Source: Guillardia theta CCMP2712
Lineage: Eukaryota; Protista; Cryptophyta
Length of the DNA stretch: 64,000 nt
Direction of reading: 5' to 3'
Assembly (NCBI RefSeq): GCF_000315625.1
Contig: NW_005434617.1
Span: 417,085 to 481,084, forward strand
In this document: positions 25,101 to 37,681 of the stretch, piece by piece
Position numbering within the stretch: position 1 is the stretch's first letter
How the letters are laid out: each line of letters starts with the position of its first letter
The notes under the pieces: model-generated
Databases searched by the model: none
The model's input: the letters and a program-made list of their open reading frames with translations, nothing else
Told to the model about the DNA's origin: nothing
Made by a program: the position numbers and the translations under genes

Positions 25101-25930
25101 CAAAGGAGGAGATGGTTCGGCCTGCAGGGTTCAGTGTCACATGCTCGAGCAGCACACGAGCAGCCAACTACCGCTGATCATCTGACTTGCGTCCGTAGAG
25201 GGCGAGGCGCACGCGGCAGCAGTTGCGAACACGTCACATTGAGCCTGCACAATATCAATGGGAGGAGGGACATGCGGGAAGGTAGTCTGCCTGTCCAGCA
25301 TTGAGCTGCTGTATGCTGATGCCTTGACACCAGGGCAGGAGAGACGAGAACAAGGCCGAGAAGAGGAGGAAACGTACACCAGAGCGCTCGCTCCCTTGCT
25401 CCTCCTTCTTTCCTCGCTCCCGCAATGATTTCATCCTTGCTTGCTTGAAGCAACCATCGCCTCCTTGCAGGCCCCTCCTCCTTCTCACTCTCTCCGCCTC
25501 CAACGGTCTCTTCGATCTCACACCCTTGCCTCTACCCTCTCTCGTCACCTGTACATGTCCTGCTCATTGCTCTGTACATCCAATGCACCACAATCGAAGC
25601 TGCCAGGTTAGCTGCCGAACTTGTCGGGCCTTCATGCGTGGGGTAGGCATGTCATCAACGCTGGTGGGCAACCTTTACTCTCCTCTTAATTCTTCGTTTT
25701 CTTCCCTCTGCTCTTCTTCATTCTGTTTTTTGACTCCTTCCCTTTCCCTCTCCCACCCTCATCAGATCCTTCCAACTTCACTCGCGTTGCTCCGCTTCTG
25801 ATCTTCCCTGTCCTGACTCGTCCTCCTCTATGCATCTCTTCCGTCCTTGAACACTCCTCTCTTGTCCTCCCCGATCCTCCTCGCTGCTCGCAAGCTCCTC
25901 GACCTCTTCATCCTTCAACCGCTTCCTCGT
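22125..25930 (-). CDS. Multi-exon cysteine-rich hypothetical protein, probably secreted (extent uncertain)
   Basis: A series of minus-strand Cys-rich frames (e.g. 24694-25167, 23898-24437) with intron-like GA/CT tracts between them. No family recognised. Confidence 0.45.
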
Positions 25931-26353
25931 CCACCTGTAGCTACTGGATAGCAACACAAATGTTTTTAATTATAGTATTATTGTCTTTACTCATCAACAC
26001 TTTCAGTACAAATCTTATGGGCACAAAGATTTGTACATGGTACAAAGTCACTTTTAAAATGAAATCATCAAGTCTGCCTAGTGAAGGGTCTAATAATTAT
26101 TGAAAGACAGCAAAATGTCACTTAAGTCGTACGAGCGATTCATTAGTTGGGCAGCAGTGCGGAAAGCAGAAGACTTTGTCGAGAGTGAAGAAGGAGGGGT
26201 ACCGTTCATAGCATTGAAAGGGGATGGATGAGGGGTGGTCGAACAAGCCGTTGAGGGAAATGATGGTGGTACAGCGAAATGAGAGGGAAGGAGTTGAGTG
26301 AGGGCAGTCCTAGCTGAGATTCTTCACATTGCTAGTGATTCGATAGCGTCAAC

Positions 26354-27067
26354 ATGGCCGAACAAGACATGGTTCACTTCAAAGTAGGAGGAGAACGATT
26401 CCAGATCAGCAGAGACTATCTCTTGTACGATCAGGAAAGCATACTGTTCAAGATGGTAGATGGAACATGGAACACGCTGAGGGACGAGGATGGATGCATT
26501 ATCATCGACCGAGATCCGATTAGATTCCGCGTCCTCACCAATTTCCTGCGAACGAGAGAACTTGTTCTCGACTACGGCGTCACTGCATCCGGCATTCTCC
26601 AAGAGGCTAGCTTCTTCCAGCTGGAAGAACTTTCCCGCGCAGCTGCGGCCAAAGCAGATGAAAGCGACGAGCTTCGCCTTCTTACCTTGTATGTGGACGA
26701 AAGGAGGGGGAAGCTCCTCTGCCGCAGAGGAGAAGGAGAGGAGAAGATCCCCTCCAAAGCTGGCCTGACCATCTCCTTGTTCCGGGAAGCCCTCGTCCTT
26801 GTCTCACTGCATCTCGGCAAGGTTTCAGGCTTCAGCGTCAGCATCGCCTGCGGGTCTGATGGCAAGGAGGAGGAGAGACCTGCTGTGTGGAAGACAGAGG
26901 ACAGCAGGAAGCAATCCGCCATGTTTCGGCTGAGTGCAGGAGAGCATTCCATCCGGCTCAACTTCACAGCCCGGGGATCGGGTGCCTTCAACGAAGTGAG
27001 TGAGGAGACAGTGAGGATATCCGACCTTAGACCACATGGCAGATTGCGAGCGTGTACGGACCTCTGA
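26354..27067 (+). CDS. KCTD/potassium-channel T1-type BTB/POZ domain protein
   Basis: VHFKVGGERFQISR...DEDGCIIIDRDPIRFRVLTNFLRT...EASFFQLEEL. Intronless, 237 aa. Confidence 0.92.
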   Translation: MAEQDMVHFKVGGERFQISRDYLLYDQESILFKMVDGTWNTLRDEDGCIIIDRDPIRFRVLTNFLRTRELVLDYGVTASGILQEASFFQLEELSRAAAAKADESDELRLLTLYVDERRGKLLCRRGEGEEKIPSKAGLTISLFREALVLVSLHLGKVSGFSVSIACGSDGKEEERPAVWKTEDSRKQSAMFRLSAGEHSIRLNFTARGSGAFNEVSEETVRISDLRPHGRLRACTDL

Positions 27068-27502
27068 GACTTGAAGTGTGGAGGAAGAAGAACCTCTCCC
27101 TATGCTCGCTGCCATGTAACGTACCAGCAGGTATCCGAGCGTCAAGTACGAATGGATAGAAGGTTGGCATGACAGCATCACCCCCGAGAAAGTCGACAAG
27201 GTCAAGACTGATCTGCTTCACTCTTGTCGTGGCTGAAACGATGACTCTCAGTGGAGAGCGAAGGTGCAGGACAACAGCATGCTAGCTGACTCGCGAGAGA
27301 TCGGTGAGCCGCCTCTTGCCAGCCCAATGACCATGACACGCTTTACAGCTGCAGCCATGAGTGCGATCCTTCAGTCATGTCAGGGCGAGTGACTCAACTC
27401 AGCTGCTGGAGCCTGCAATGAGTCAACAAGAGGAGAGATGAACTGAGAGATATGGCATGCCCCTGTTCATTGTGTAAACTTTCCTTGCTCTAGCGACGCT
27501 CC

Positions 27503-30500
27503 CTACAAATATTTTCGGGCCCACATGGTCAGATCCTTGGTTTCCTTATCGTCAGAATCGCTAGCCTGTGTAAAAGTTACAATTGAGAAAGACACCATCA
27601 AGACAGGCTCACCTGCTTCAAAACTTCCATGATCGCTTGTGAGTTCAAGTGAGGCTTGATCCTCTCCTGATATGTTTCTCCCAAATCCCCGAGCAGACCA
27701 ACTGCCTTCTTCAATGTCTCTTCCGTACTATTATTCACATTTGACATCGACTCTATCAGCACAAGGCAGCCCTCCTTGAGAGCAACAGGAGTAAAGAATG
27801 CCTCGACCGCGCGGGCTGTTCCATCCTTCTCTGCCTGTTTCAATCCGTGCAAGATACCCACATACCCATCGAAAACACCTTCTGTCAGGGCAGTCAAATA
27901 ATTCCTCATGTCCTCGTCCTCTCCAGCTGCCAGGTCATTCTGAAGCTTCAAACATGTCTGGCAAGCTGCCTGCAAAGCCCTGAACCAGTACTGTAGGTAC
28001 TTCTCCATATCCTTAGTGATTGCCATCGCAATATCTCCAAAGCTAGAGCAAATTGCAGGCTTGATGTAATCGTGAACCTGAACGTAATCCGCATCAACTT
28101 CCGCTCGATGGAACACAGTCAGAAGCGCCTCCACAAGAGGATCACAATACTGAGTTACATTCCCCTCCAGGCATCGTGCTAAGTCAGATACAGTTGTCAC
28201 TGCGAGGACACAGAGAGGAGCGTCATGACAGGCATGAACGCAACTGACCAAGATGGGACCAAACGAAGCCATGTACCTCTGGAAGCCCTGCTCGAGTACA
28301 TTCAACACCGTATCCACTGCTAACAATGCTTCCTGAGCCGCCATTGTATTCTGTGAGCTAAAAACTTGGAGGAAGAGAGTCATTAGCTTGTCTGCCAAGG
28401 AAAGGCCACTGGCATCAGCCACCATGAGCACGTCAGTCTTGCCACTCATGTTGCCAATGCACGTCTGAATGGCACCGCAGAAGAAGCTCTGCCACTCACT
28501 TCGAGTATTGTTGTCATCCGCGTTCAGCACCTGCATGGTGAAGGTTTGATTCAACCTTTCACCAAGCATAGGGAGGAGCACAGGGACAATGAACGATTCG
28601 ACAACTGGTGTCGCACCAGGGCACTTGCTCGGATTTGCTGTTGCTATCAACGCATTCAGAGCCTCGTATGCCGTTGCTCTCAGATTATCTTCAGAGGCAT
28701 CCTGACGGTCTCCAGTAGCAATCAAGCATTCCACAGTGGACACGAACACGTTACTGAGCGGAAATTGGTTCAAAGCTGTGGGCAAATCCTCCAAGAATGC
28801 AACAAGGTTCGAAGAAATATGGTGGATGCACCAGCAGAGATGATTGGCTGTCTTAGGCTCGGCACCTGGAATCACCATGCAAATCTGAGGAACAAGCTGC
28901 TCAAGATGGTCCTTGATGAAATTGAAGTTCATTTCACAGACTCTCATCAGAGTCCATGCTGACGAGTTCTTGATGAGCAACTGCTCAGTATCCTGGCTGT
29001 CCTTCTTCAAATAGGCAAGAACGTTATCAAGCATCTGTGTGGCATTCATCGCTTGAGTCAGCAGCTGGTCGTCTGGTCCATCCATGATGCACCCAAAGGC
29101 CACGATGGCTGCTTCACAAAGTCTCCAGTTAGATTCTCTGACATGTTGGCCGACCCATGGCACAACTTTCTCAACAACTTCATCTCTGATAACTTGAGAG
29201 ATGGAAGCCAAGCAGAACGCTGCTTCTGTCGACTTGTTGAACGACTCGTCATCTTGACCTTCTTCTTGCTGTGCCATGGCAGTGAGCAAGACTGGAATCA
29301 AGTATTGAGCAGCACCCTTGACAAAATTGTTGCATCCAGATTCACCATCCAACAGGCGATCATACTCAACATCGCAGATTTGAATCCAGAAGGCGATGGC
29401 CTGCCTCGCCACTGCATCTGGCTGAGTTGAAATGGCGCTGATTGTCAACTCCAAGAGAGCTTGCATGTACTGCAAAAGCCTGTCGTAATACAACTCTGCA
29501 ATGCGGCCAAGACACTGGAAAGCGTTCTCTCGGACCTAAGACGGCCTCAGCGATCTAAGAAAACATGAGTGCCATGTTTACCTGCTCACTGGCCTGAGTG
29601 GTGCAAGCCTCGCAAATGACTTGCATGATGTAATTACGTTCAGCATCGACCTGGATAATTTATCAAACTGACTGTGGACGTCTTTCAGCATTAGGAAGTG
29701 ATGCCTGAAAGTTGCGGTCTGCAAACTCGAGGGCATTGGCAAGTGCTTGGGTTGCAGCGATCTTAATGTTCAGATCCTGCTCTTCCGTGCGCATTCCTGC
29801 TACGACCTGGAAAGGAGTCACCATAATTGCAAGCTTCGAATATCAGTCCTTTGACACACCGCAGTCAAGATATCATTAGACTTGCTGTGAAGACAATCCG
29901 TTTCGAGCTGTGCAATCTCTTCGCAGATGTAACCGATGGTGTGTAGAGCAGCTTCTTTCTTAGCAACCCCTAGCAGAGCGACTGAGTGAATTGGCAGCGA
30001 AGTGTCAAGAGAATACCCGAAGGATTAGCTTCCGGTTTTACAACAAACGACAAGAGAGCTTGAACCAAGTCTTCCCATTGTTGCTGAACATCAAATACGG
30101 CACGTCAGAAACTCATCGTACCTGAAAACTGTCACGAATTCATAAGGTTCTTACCTTGGGCAATTCAATGGTTGCAATTTTGGAAATGACTTGAGCTGAA
30201 GCCAAACGAACATCCTTTTGAGTGGATCCAAGAGCGTTCACACTGTTCAGCAGATTAAACGGTAGAGGAGAATGTAAAGGTAGCTACCTGTTGGCTTTCA
30301 CTTTATTCCTGATCTCTGGATTGAGGGACATCCAATCGTTTGCCAACTTCACCGCCTTTGACGCAGAGTGAGGATCAAACTCGAAGAAAACATGAGGAAA
30401 ACTAAACCTGCTGGTGCTCTTTCGAAGTCATGTAGTTCTTGAGCAAGATACCAGCCAACGCTCGTCCTTGCGCAGAAGGAGAGCTCTCATCAGCAAGCTC

Positions 30501-30742
30501 TTGACTCAGGAGGCTGATGCAAATGTCAGAGTTCGAGGCATGAGCTCTCAGTGCATCATACAAAAGGTGATTCGCTGGGTCAGTTTCGAACGATTGCTTG
30601 AGCTGAGCCTCAGCAGCATTTCGAACAGTGGCGTCTGCGTTCAAGGTCTCAGTCAGAGGTGTCTTGTTGCCATGATACGCAACATCCACATACCTGGATT
30701 TGTTGTCGCGATCAAGGCTTGTCGGATTGTTGTTGCGTCCAT
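27503..30742 (-). CDS. KPNB1: Importin subunit beta-1 (karyopherin beta 1), multi-exon
   Basis: IBN_N region (VRNAAEAQL..RALAGILLKN), TIGYICEE, ERNYIMQVICEA, FWIQICDVE, AFGCIMDGP, NLRATAYEAL, KPAICSSFGDIA and AVGLLGDL. Confidence 0.95.
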
Positions 30743-31289
30743 GGTGACGCAACCTTGCCAAGCATCGTGAGCGAAATTACCAAAGCAGAATCTACATCAA
30801 TGATGGAAACAAACAACAAGTTCGGTAGTTGGCAGCATTTCAGCGCTAATTCGAATCTCAGCAAGCAGTCTAAGAGGAAGAGGCAGGAAGGCAGTATCTA
30901 GAACAGCATGCGGGCATGGCGGAAAAGACAGTCACTTGGGATCATGACCAGACAAGTCCTTCATAGTGCGTAAGGATTCACGTGTAATATACAAGAACGA
31001 GTCTTTAAAACAAAGTGCATGAAAGTGATTCAGGGAGAAATCCCAGGAAATGAACGAGAAGGAGGATACAGTGGAAGGAACAGTTGAATCAAAGGATTAA
31101 GAGGAGGTGAAAGGATGCTAAAGGGACTAGAGGACCAGAAGAAATAAGCTGTGCAGAAGGGCGCATGGAAGTGAAGTGAGAAAGATAGAGGAGAAATTGA
31201 GAAGAGCGGCAAGCAGAGCAAGGAGGCAGGGCCTGATGCCGAAAACATGGCTGGATGCCAGCATGAGCAGCAGAGGGCGGGAAGTCTCA

Positions 31290-32030
31290 GGAGCACGAGT
31301 GGGGGGTGGGGGTGGAGGCACTTGGTCTTTGGTTAGGGAATTGTGGGGTACTCAGATATGGAAATATGGGTAGTCAATCAAACAAAGGGGTAGTGTGGCA
31401 AGGGGGTACTTTTGTCATGGAGCAACGGGTACTTGTTGAAACAGAAGGGGTGAACATTCACAGGTGGTGTCGATTACAGTCAAAGAAGGGGGTATGAAGA
31501 GGGAAAAGTAGGGTAGGGATTGAAAAAGTGGGGTGTACAGGAAAAAGGGTGGGTACTGAACCAAGAAGGTGGGTAGAAAGAAACCGGGTAGTAGTGTTCG
31601 GGTGCTGTATGGGGGGGTAGCTCCCTGAAAAGGAAGGGTGCGAATCTGAAACTTGATTTGAATTTTTCAAGTCTGGAATGCCACCACATTTTTAATGGTC
31701 ATAAGTACCGGTACTGGTGTCACAAAAATAACTGAAAGGGTTCAGATTTCAAGATGAGGGGTAGTCGCTCAACAGTGGCGGTGGGACGACCGGATAGGAC
31801 TTTGGTCATAGCAACCGGTATGAGAAGTGAGCTAGGAATTGATAATAAGCAGGTCCTAGGAATATGAAATTTGAATTGCGCGCGGAAAGGACAGGTCAGC
31901 ATGAGACTGAGGACCGGTCCTTTTGTCATCATTTACTTAGGTGGCCGTGGGAGCACTTAGGGGTAGTTGACTAACCAAAGTACCCCCAGTTTTTACTGGA
32001 TTGGCAAGGAATGCTAGGGGGTACTAGGAA
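31290..32030. promoter_or_regulatory. GGGGTA-word island between divergent importin-beta and RING genes
   Basis: Repeated GGGGTA/GGGTAC/GGGTAG words on the + strand. Function inferred. Confidence 0.5.
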
Positions 32031-32160
32031 AAGCGTACCGTCACTTTTCATCATGATGTATCTCCAAAAAATGTGCCAAGAAAGTCTATAAAAGGCCGAC
32101 CTGGGATGTCCCCCATCTACCACGCATTCCTCGCATCACTTCGCACATCGCTCCTCAGAC

Positions 32161-32739
32161 ATGGACAGTGGAAAGGAACGGGTGAAGTGCCCTAATCACA
32201 TCATGTGCCATAGTGTCAATGAGAAGCTGTATTTCGACTGCCACGGAGGTCGATGCCTTGATTGCAACATGACTTATGCGCGCGATTTCATCTTCTTTAC
32301 GTCGGAAGAGGTCTCAGGGGAGGAATGCCCGGTCTGCCTGGACACTTCAAAGGAAAACTTTCTTAAATACCCGTGTGGACACTACATCTGTGTTGATTGC
32401 TTCTATCCAACGATGAGGATGGACGGTCCAAGAGAAGTGGACTTTGATCCAGAGTTCTTTTCAAACCAAACAGAGGACATCACGGATGGAATATCTGATG
32501 ACCTGTTTGAACGCTGGCAGCAGGAAGAACGCCCTGAGTATTATGCTTGGGATCGGGCTGACGACAAGTTTCAGCAAACAGAGCAAGAGAGAATGCAACA
32601 TCACCAACGACTCTTGCGGCGTTGCCCAAAGTGCAGATACAAGGGCCTGCCTGTAGCAGGAAAAGTTGGTGGCTCTAGGGCCTGTGTTGAATGCCCGTAT
32701 TCCAATGCAGGGCAGTGGATCGGTATTCTATCCAATTGA
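32161..32739 (+). CDS. Intronless zinc-finger protein with N-terminal Cys cluster and split RING-HC domain
   Basis: CPNHIMC..C..CLDC, then CPVC..CGHYICVDC, ~70 acidic residues, then CPKC. TATAAAAG lies ~75 nt upstream (32086). Confidence 0.8.
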   Translation: MDSGKERVKCPNHIMCHSVNEKLYFDCHGGRCLDCNMTYARDFIFFTSEEVSGEECPVCLDTSKENFLKYPCGHYICVDCFYPTMRMDGPREVDFDPEFFSNQTEDITDGISDDLFERWQQEERPEYYAWDRADDKFQQTEQERMQHHQRLLRRCPKCRYKGLPVAGKVGGSRACVECPYSNAGQWIGILSN

Positions 32740-33738
32740 AAGCGGCTCTAGGGTCTGCGTTGCAGTCATCTAGCAACTAAATAAAGATTAGGAAAACATG
32801 AGCAGATCACATGGAAAATAAAAAAATCAAGTTCATATAAAGGATGCAACAGTACGTCCTTCTCCCAAATGCCCTCCTTCAGATGGCACACTGTATTCAA
32901 ACACCTTAAAACAGCATCATCACCAGCACCAGCCGTGACTATCTCAATGTGTTGCTGCTGTATTGACATAAGCGTTGGTGAAGCGAAGCTCGCCTACTTT
33001 CAACTTCCTGAATTCAAAACCTACCATACCGTGGCATCATCCAAAACCTACCATACTGCATCATCATTTGTATCTGTGTATACTTGTTCATGCCATTGAC
33101 TTTTTCAATGTAACTTGAGATGGAAAAATTGTTTGGCAGATTCGCTGCGATGTCGCTTTTAAAGAGTATCAATATGTTCCATGATCTTGAAACTTGAAAG
33201 ATGAGAAGATCATCAACCAAATTGAAACCCAGTGGTGGCCCGGGAAACGGCCCTTACGGTACCGCCCGGCCCGGGTGACTAGGCCGCTGCCCCCGGGGCC
33301 CGGGACTCCGATCAGGATGTAGCCGGCAACTTAAAGGAGGAGGCGGGTAGAAAATTTGAGCCAGTGCACTGGGAAGCGCCCCATGCGGAGGATGGGAGTG
33401 GAGGGAAGGGAGAAGGAGGGAGAGGGGGAAGGGGAGGGGTGAAGGAAGGGGATAAAGAGGAGGAGAGAGGGACGATACAGACACGAGAGGGAGGGAAAGA
33501 AGATGAGAAGGAAAGGGAGGAAATTGAAGAGGGAGAAACAATTGAAGGGTGGTGAAGGGAGAGGATAGGATCGGATGATGGTGTCTGACGTGTCAGTTGC
33601 GTCCTCTGACCCCTGATTTTTCAATCGGGCAGCCATAGAGTCATCATCTCATGGCTTGCTGAAAGATGTTGTTGGTGAGGATAAAACCTTTCACTCAGTG
33701 ATTTCCATGACTGCAAATGGTACCAGCTCTCTGCTACG

Positions 33739-36160
33739 ATGCTCAGCCTCCATGCTCGGAGAAGCCTCCTCTGCATCCTCCTCCTCCTCTCCTCTTTCCT
33801 CAATCTCTGCACTCCTTTCGCGCCAGCGGCTCTCCACATTCAGCGGAGCCTCCCTTCCTGTTGGCGTCCGGCATGGCCCTCCAGGTGCCACGACTCTGAG
33901 TTGGCAACGGTGACACTGAGGCCCTTGTAGTCTCAGCAGGTCATGCCGGCAAACAAGCACATGGAAATGCGCCAACGAGGTCTCAATCCCATGGCCCGAC
34001 CTTGCCGCTGATCCCTTCTCCGCCAGGACGTGAGAGGTTTCGAGGAGGAGGAGGACGAGAGGTAAATCTCCCTTCCCCCTCCCTGCTCTTCTCAGCTTCT
34101 TCTGCAGCCTGCGGAAGAGCACGCGGAGGAAGATGCGCGACAAGTCCAGCACAAGGTCACTCGCAGGGAAGAAGCTGAAGGTGAGGGAGGAGAGCAGGAG
34201 CTCGTGAAACGTTTTCAGCTGATACCCTACAAGCGGACGCGGGCGCGGGGGACCTCAACGGAGTTCCTGGTGGAGGAGCTCACGACAGATGATGGGCTCT
34301 TGCTCTCTGGAGGGCTGCTGCTAGAGGTACTGACCCCTCAGGAGCAGGAGGAGCAGGAGGGGGAGGAGCAGCAGGAGGAGGAGCAGGAGGAGGAAGTGGT
34401 GGTGGTCTGACTGTTTGCTCAACCCCAAGGCTCGCTCCAACTGGGTCCGAGACCTGATGTCTACCGGTCGATCGCTCCTCCTCCGCCGGATCGCCGACCG
34501 TCTTGGCTTCATTGGCCTCTGGTCCGTCTTCGTCTCCCTCCTCTTCGCCTTCTCCCCCGACGACTGGCACGTGCACGAGGTCCTCAAGGTGCCCGAGTGG
34601 CCGCACGAGCTCGTCGGTGGTTTCCTGTCCATCCTCCTCGTGTTCAGGACAGATCAGGCGTACCAGAGGTTCTGGGAAGGAAGGGAGCGATGGGCTGACG
34701 TAGCAGGTCATGGATCTTTCTCTTTTCCTCTCCCCTCCTCTTGCTCCTCCTCCTCCAACACCACCACCATCACCAACACCTCCTCCTCCTCCTCCTCTCC
34801 TCGATCCTTCTTTCTCATCCTGTCGTGCTGCTCGCCCTCTTGCTCGTCATGCTGTCCTTCCGTCCTGAGCATGCGCCTGTTCTTCTTCTCTTCCTCCTCC
34901 CCTCACAGCACTGTTGGCTGAAGTCTCATCGCTGGCAGCCCATCTCCGTACGATGACTCGCATCACGGTGACGGCGGTGGAGCCGCGATCTCAGGACGCG
35001 ATCCTCTCCCACCTCTGCGCCTTCCCCATCACGCTGAAGCAGCACCTGAGGGGAGAGAGGAGTGGCTCTGAACTAGAGCCCATTTTCGACGCGTTCAATC
35101 CCAACGAGGTCGAGGACGGGGACGAGGACGGGTCCCACAACATTCAGAACATCCTCGGAGCCAACAACATGCCCCTGACCCTGTTGACGTCTCTCTCTTC
35201 ACAGGTCCGCCCCCCTCCTTCCCTTACTCCCTCCTCCCTCCATTACCCCTTCCTCCTCCTCCCCTCCTCCTCCCCCCGCCCCCCCCTCCTCCTCCTCCTC
35301 CTCCTCCNNNNNNNNNNNNNNNNNNNNNNNNNNNNNNNNNNNNNNNNNNNNNNNNNNNNNNNNNNNNNNNNNNNNNNNNNNNNNNNNNNNNNNNNNNNNN
35401 NNNNNNNTCCCGGGCAGCGATGCCAAGAGGACACACCGCCTCTCCCCTGCATCACCTCCTCTTTCGGATACACGTCATCATCGCCGCCGACACCGGACGA
35501 CTCCTCAGCGACATCTTCATGCCGCCAGCTCTACACTACCTGTCTTCTTCTTCATCGTCCTCCTCCTCCCCCGCCCCCTGCCCCCTGCCCCCCCCTTTCA
35601 CTGCCGTCTCCTCAGCTTCATCTGCTCTCCATTTCATTCCTCTCTTCCTCTTATCCTCTTCTTCCCTTCGATTCTCCCCCTCCTTGCACTTCCCTCTCCT
35701 CTCTCTTCGCTCCTCCGACAACAAGCTCAGGTCCTGCCCCTCGATCGATACTGCTGGGGAATACAGCGAGACGTTATCCAACAGGTCAGAAGGAGGAGGA
35801 AGAGGAAGAGAGAGGAGAAGGAGGAGGAGGGGAGAAGAGAAGGAAGGATGAACAGGAGAGGAGGAGGAGGAGGAAGTGGTGGTGGTGCATCCGGGACAAG
35901 GACGAGGAGGAAGCTCTTTGACGATACGAGCAGGCGGTGTTCATGGCGGAGGGATCCAAGAGAAGAGTGAGTGGAGGAAGAGCAGAGGAGTGGGAAACAT
36001 GGATGGGCAGCGGGGAGGGAGGTGAAGGTAGCGGGGACGTTGGAGCAAGAAGGAAGGAGGGGAAGGGGAAGGGGAAGGGGAGAAGGTAAGAGCTGACGAT
36101 TCGGCAGCGGTATATGTCCATCTCTTCGCAGATCAAAGTGTCTTCACCATTCCGATAGAG
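33739..36160 (+). CDS. UPF0187/bestrophin-like anion channel, probably plastid-targeted (spans an assembly gap; 3' end uncertain)
   Basis: PHELVGGFLSILLVFRTDQAYQRFWEGRERW and AFPITLKQHLRG are family hallmarks. An N-terminal signal peptide is followed by FAP. Confidence 0.88.
35308..35407. other. Assembly gap (100 N)
   Basis: Run of N flanked by CCT repeats. Confidence 1.
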
Positions 36161-36283
<123 letters not shown>

Positions 36284-36597
36284 CAGGAGGCAGGAGGCAG
36301 GAGGCAAGAAGGACTCGTATCGGCCTATCAACTCTTAAAATACACACTGTATATGAATTTTGTCCTGATCCTCCTTCTCCTCCTCCTCCTCGTAATTCAT
36401 TCTCGTATAAAACGCATCCTTATCCTGACTACTGTCTCTCTGATCTCTCTCGTTATCTTCACTTCCTCTTCTTCTCTCCCCTCCCTCCGCCCCTCCGTCC
36501 CTCCCAGCCCTTCGTCCATGTCGGTTCAAGTTTTTCATTACATCTCCATCCTCTTCACAACATGCTGGCTGCAGGCACGTTCCTCCTCCTCACGAGT

Positions 36598-37643
36598 TCA
36601 GCTGCCGTCAGCGGCTGACTCGAGCTGCCAGCATCGAACAATCTCCGTCCTTGCCCGCTCCCTCCCTCCTCCTACGGCAGCGGCTTCATCATACTGATCA
36701 CAGGCCCTTCCAGCCTCCCTCCTCCATACACCAGCTCCTCCTTCACTCCAATCGTCGCCTCCTTCCGCTCCCCTCCCAGCGGCGCCAGCGTGTTGGCATG
36801 CAGCATGGTACCGTTGAGGTTCACCTGGAAGTTGAGGGGAGGAGGGCACTGGTCCAGGATGGTCTGAGCCTTGAGGAAGAGCGACCCCTCCCCTCCTCCC
36901 TCTCCCGTGTGGATCCCCCGCAGGTTCGTCCTGACTGTGCTCTCTCCAACCTGCCCACAAGGTCAGCATCGCCCCTCGCCCCTTCCCCCCGCTGACTCTT
37001 CCCCTCCTGCGTTTCCCCTGTCCTTCCCTCCCCCCCGCCCCCGCTCCTTCCAGCACACTCCTCCTCCTCCTGACAACAACCTGCAATGAGGTCGCAATGT
37101 TCTTGGCAATAGCAAGTCCCGCTCCAACATGCCTGATCACAACAACAGTAAGCTCCTCCTCTTCCTCCTGCTCCTGCTCCTGCTCCTCCTCCTCCTTGCC
37201 CTTCTCCCACCACCTTCCTCCTCCTATCTTGACAGGAACCGTCTCCTTCCCCCAGCTTCCCCCTACCTGCAGTAGAGGTGCATCGTGCAGGCCGCGATCG
37301 TCTTGGGCGCCTTCCCCGCCAGCGGACCTTGTTCCAAGCTGGTGGCCAGCTCGAAGAGAAGGTTCCTCGTCAGCTGGTCCTGAGCTGGGGAAGTCGAGAA
37401 CTGAATCCTCCGGAAGAGCTTCGACAGGACGGAGCTGGCGAGGTGCTGGGGTCCGGCCTCCACCTGCCGGATGGGAACAATGCGCTGCAGCGCCAGAAAT
37501 CCATCCCAGATCTTGCGACGATCCGGAGCCTCCTGCGAAGAAGTGGGGTCAGCAGGAGGAGGAAGAGGAGAGAAGGGGGCGGGAGGAGTAAGGTAGAGGC
37601 GCGGTGAGGTGAAGAGCAGGAGTAGTGAGTAGTACCAGAATTG

Positions 37644-37681
<38 letters not shown>

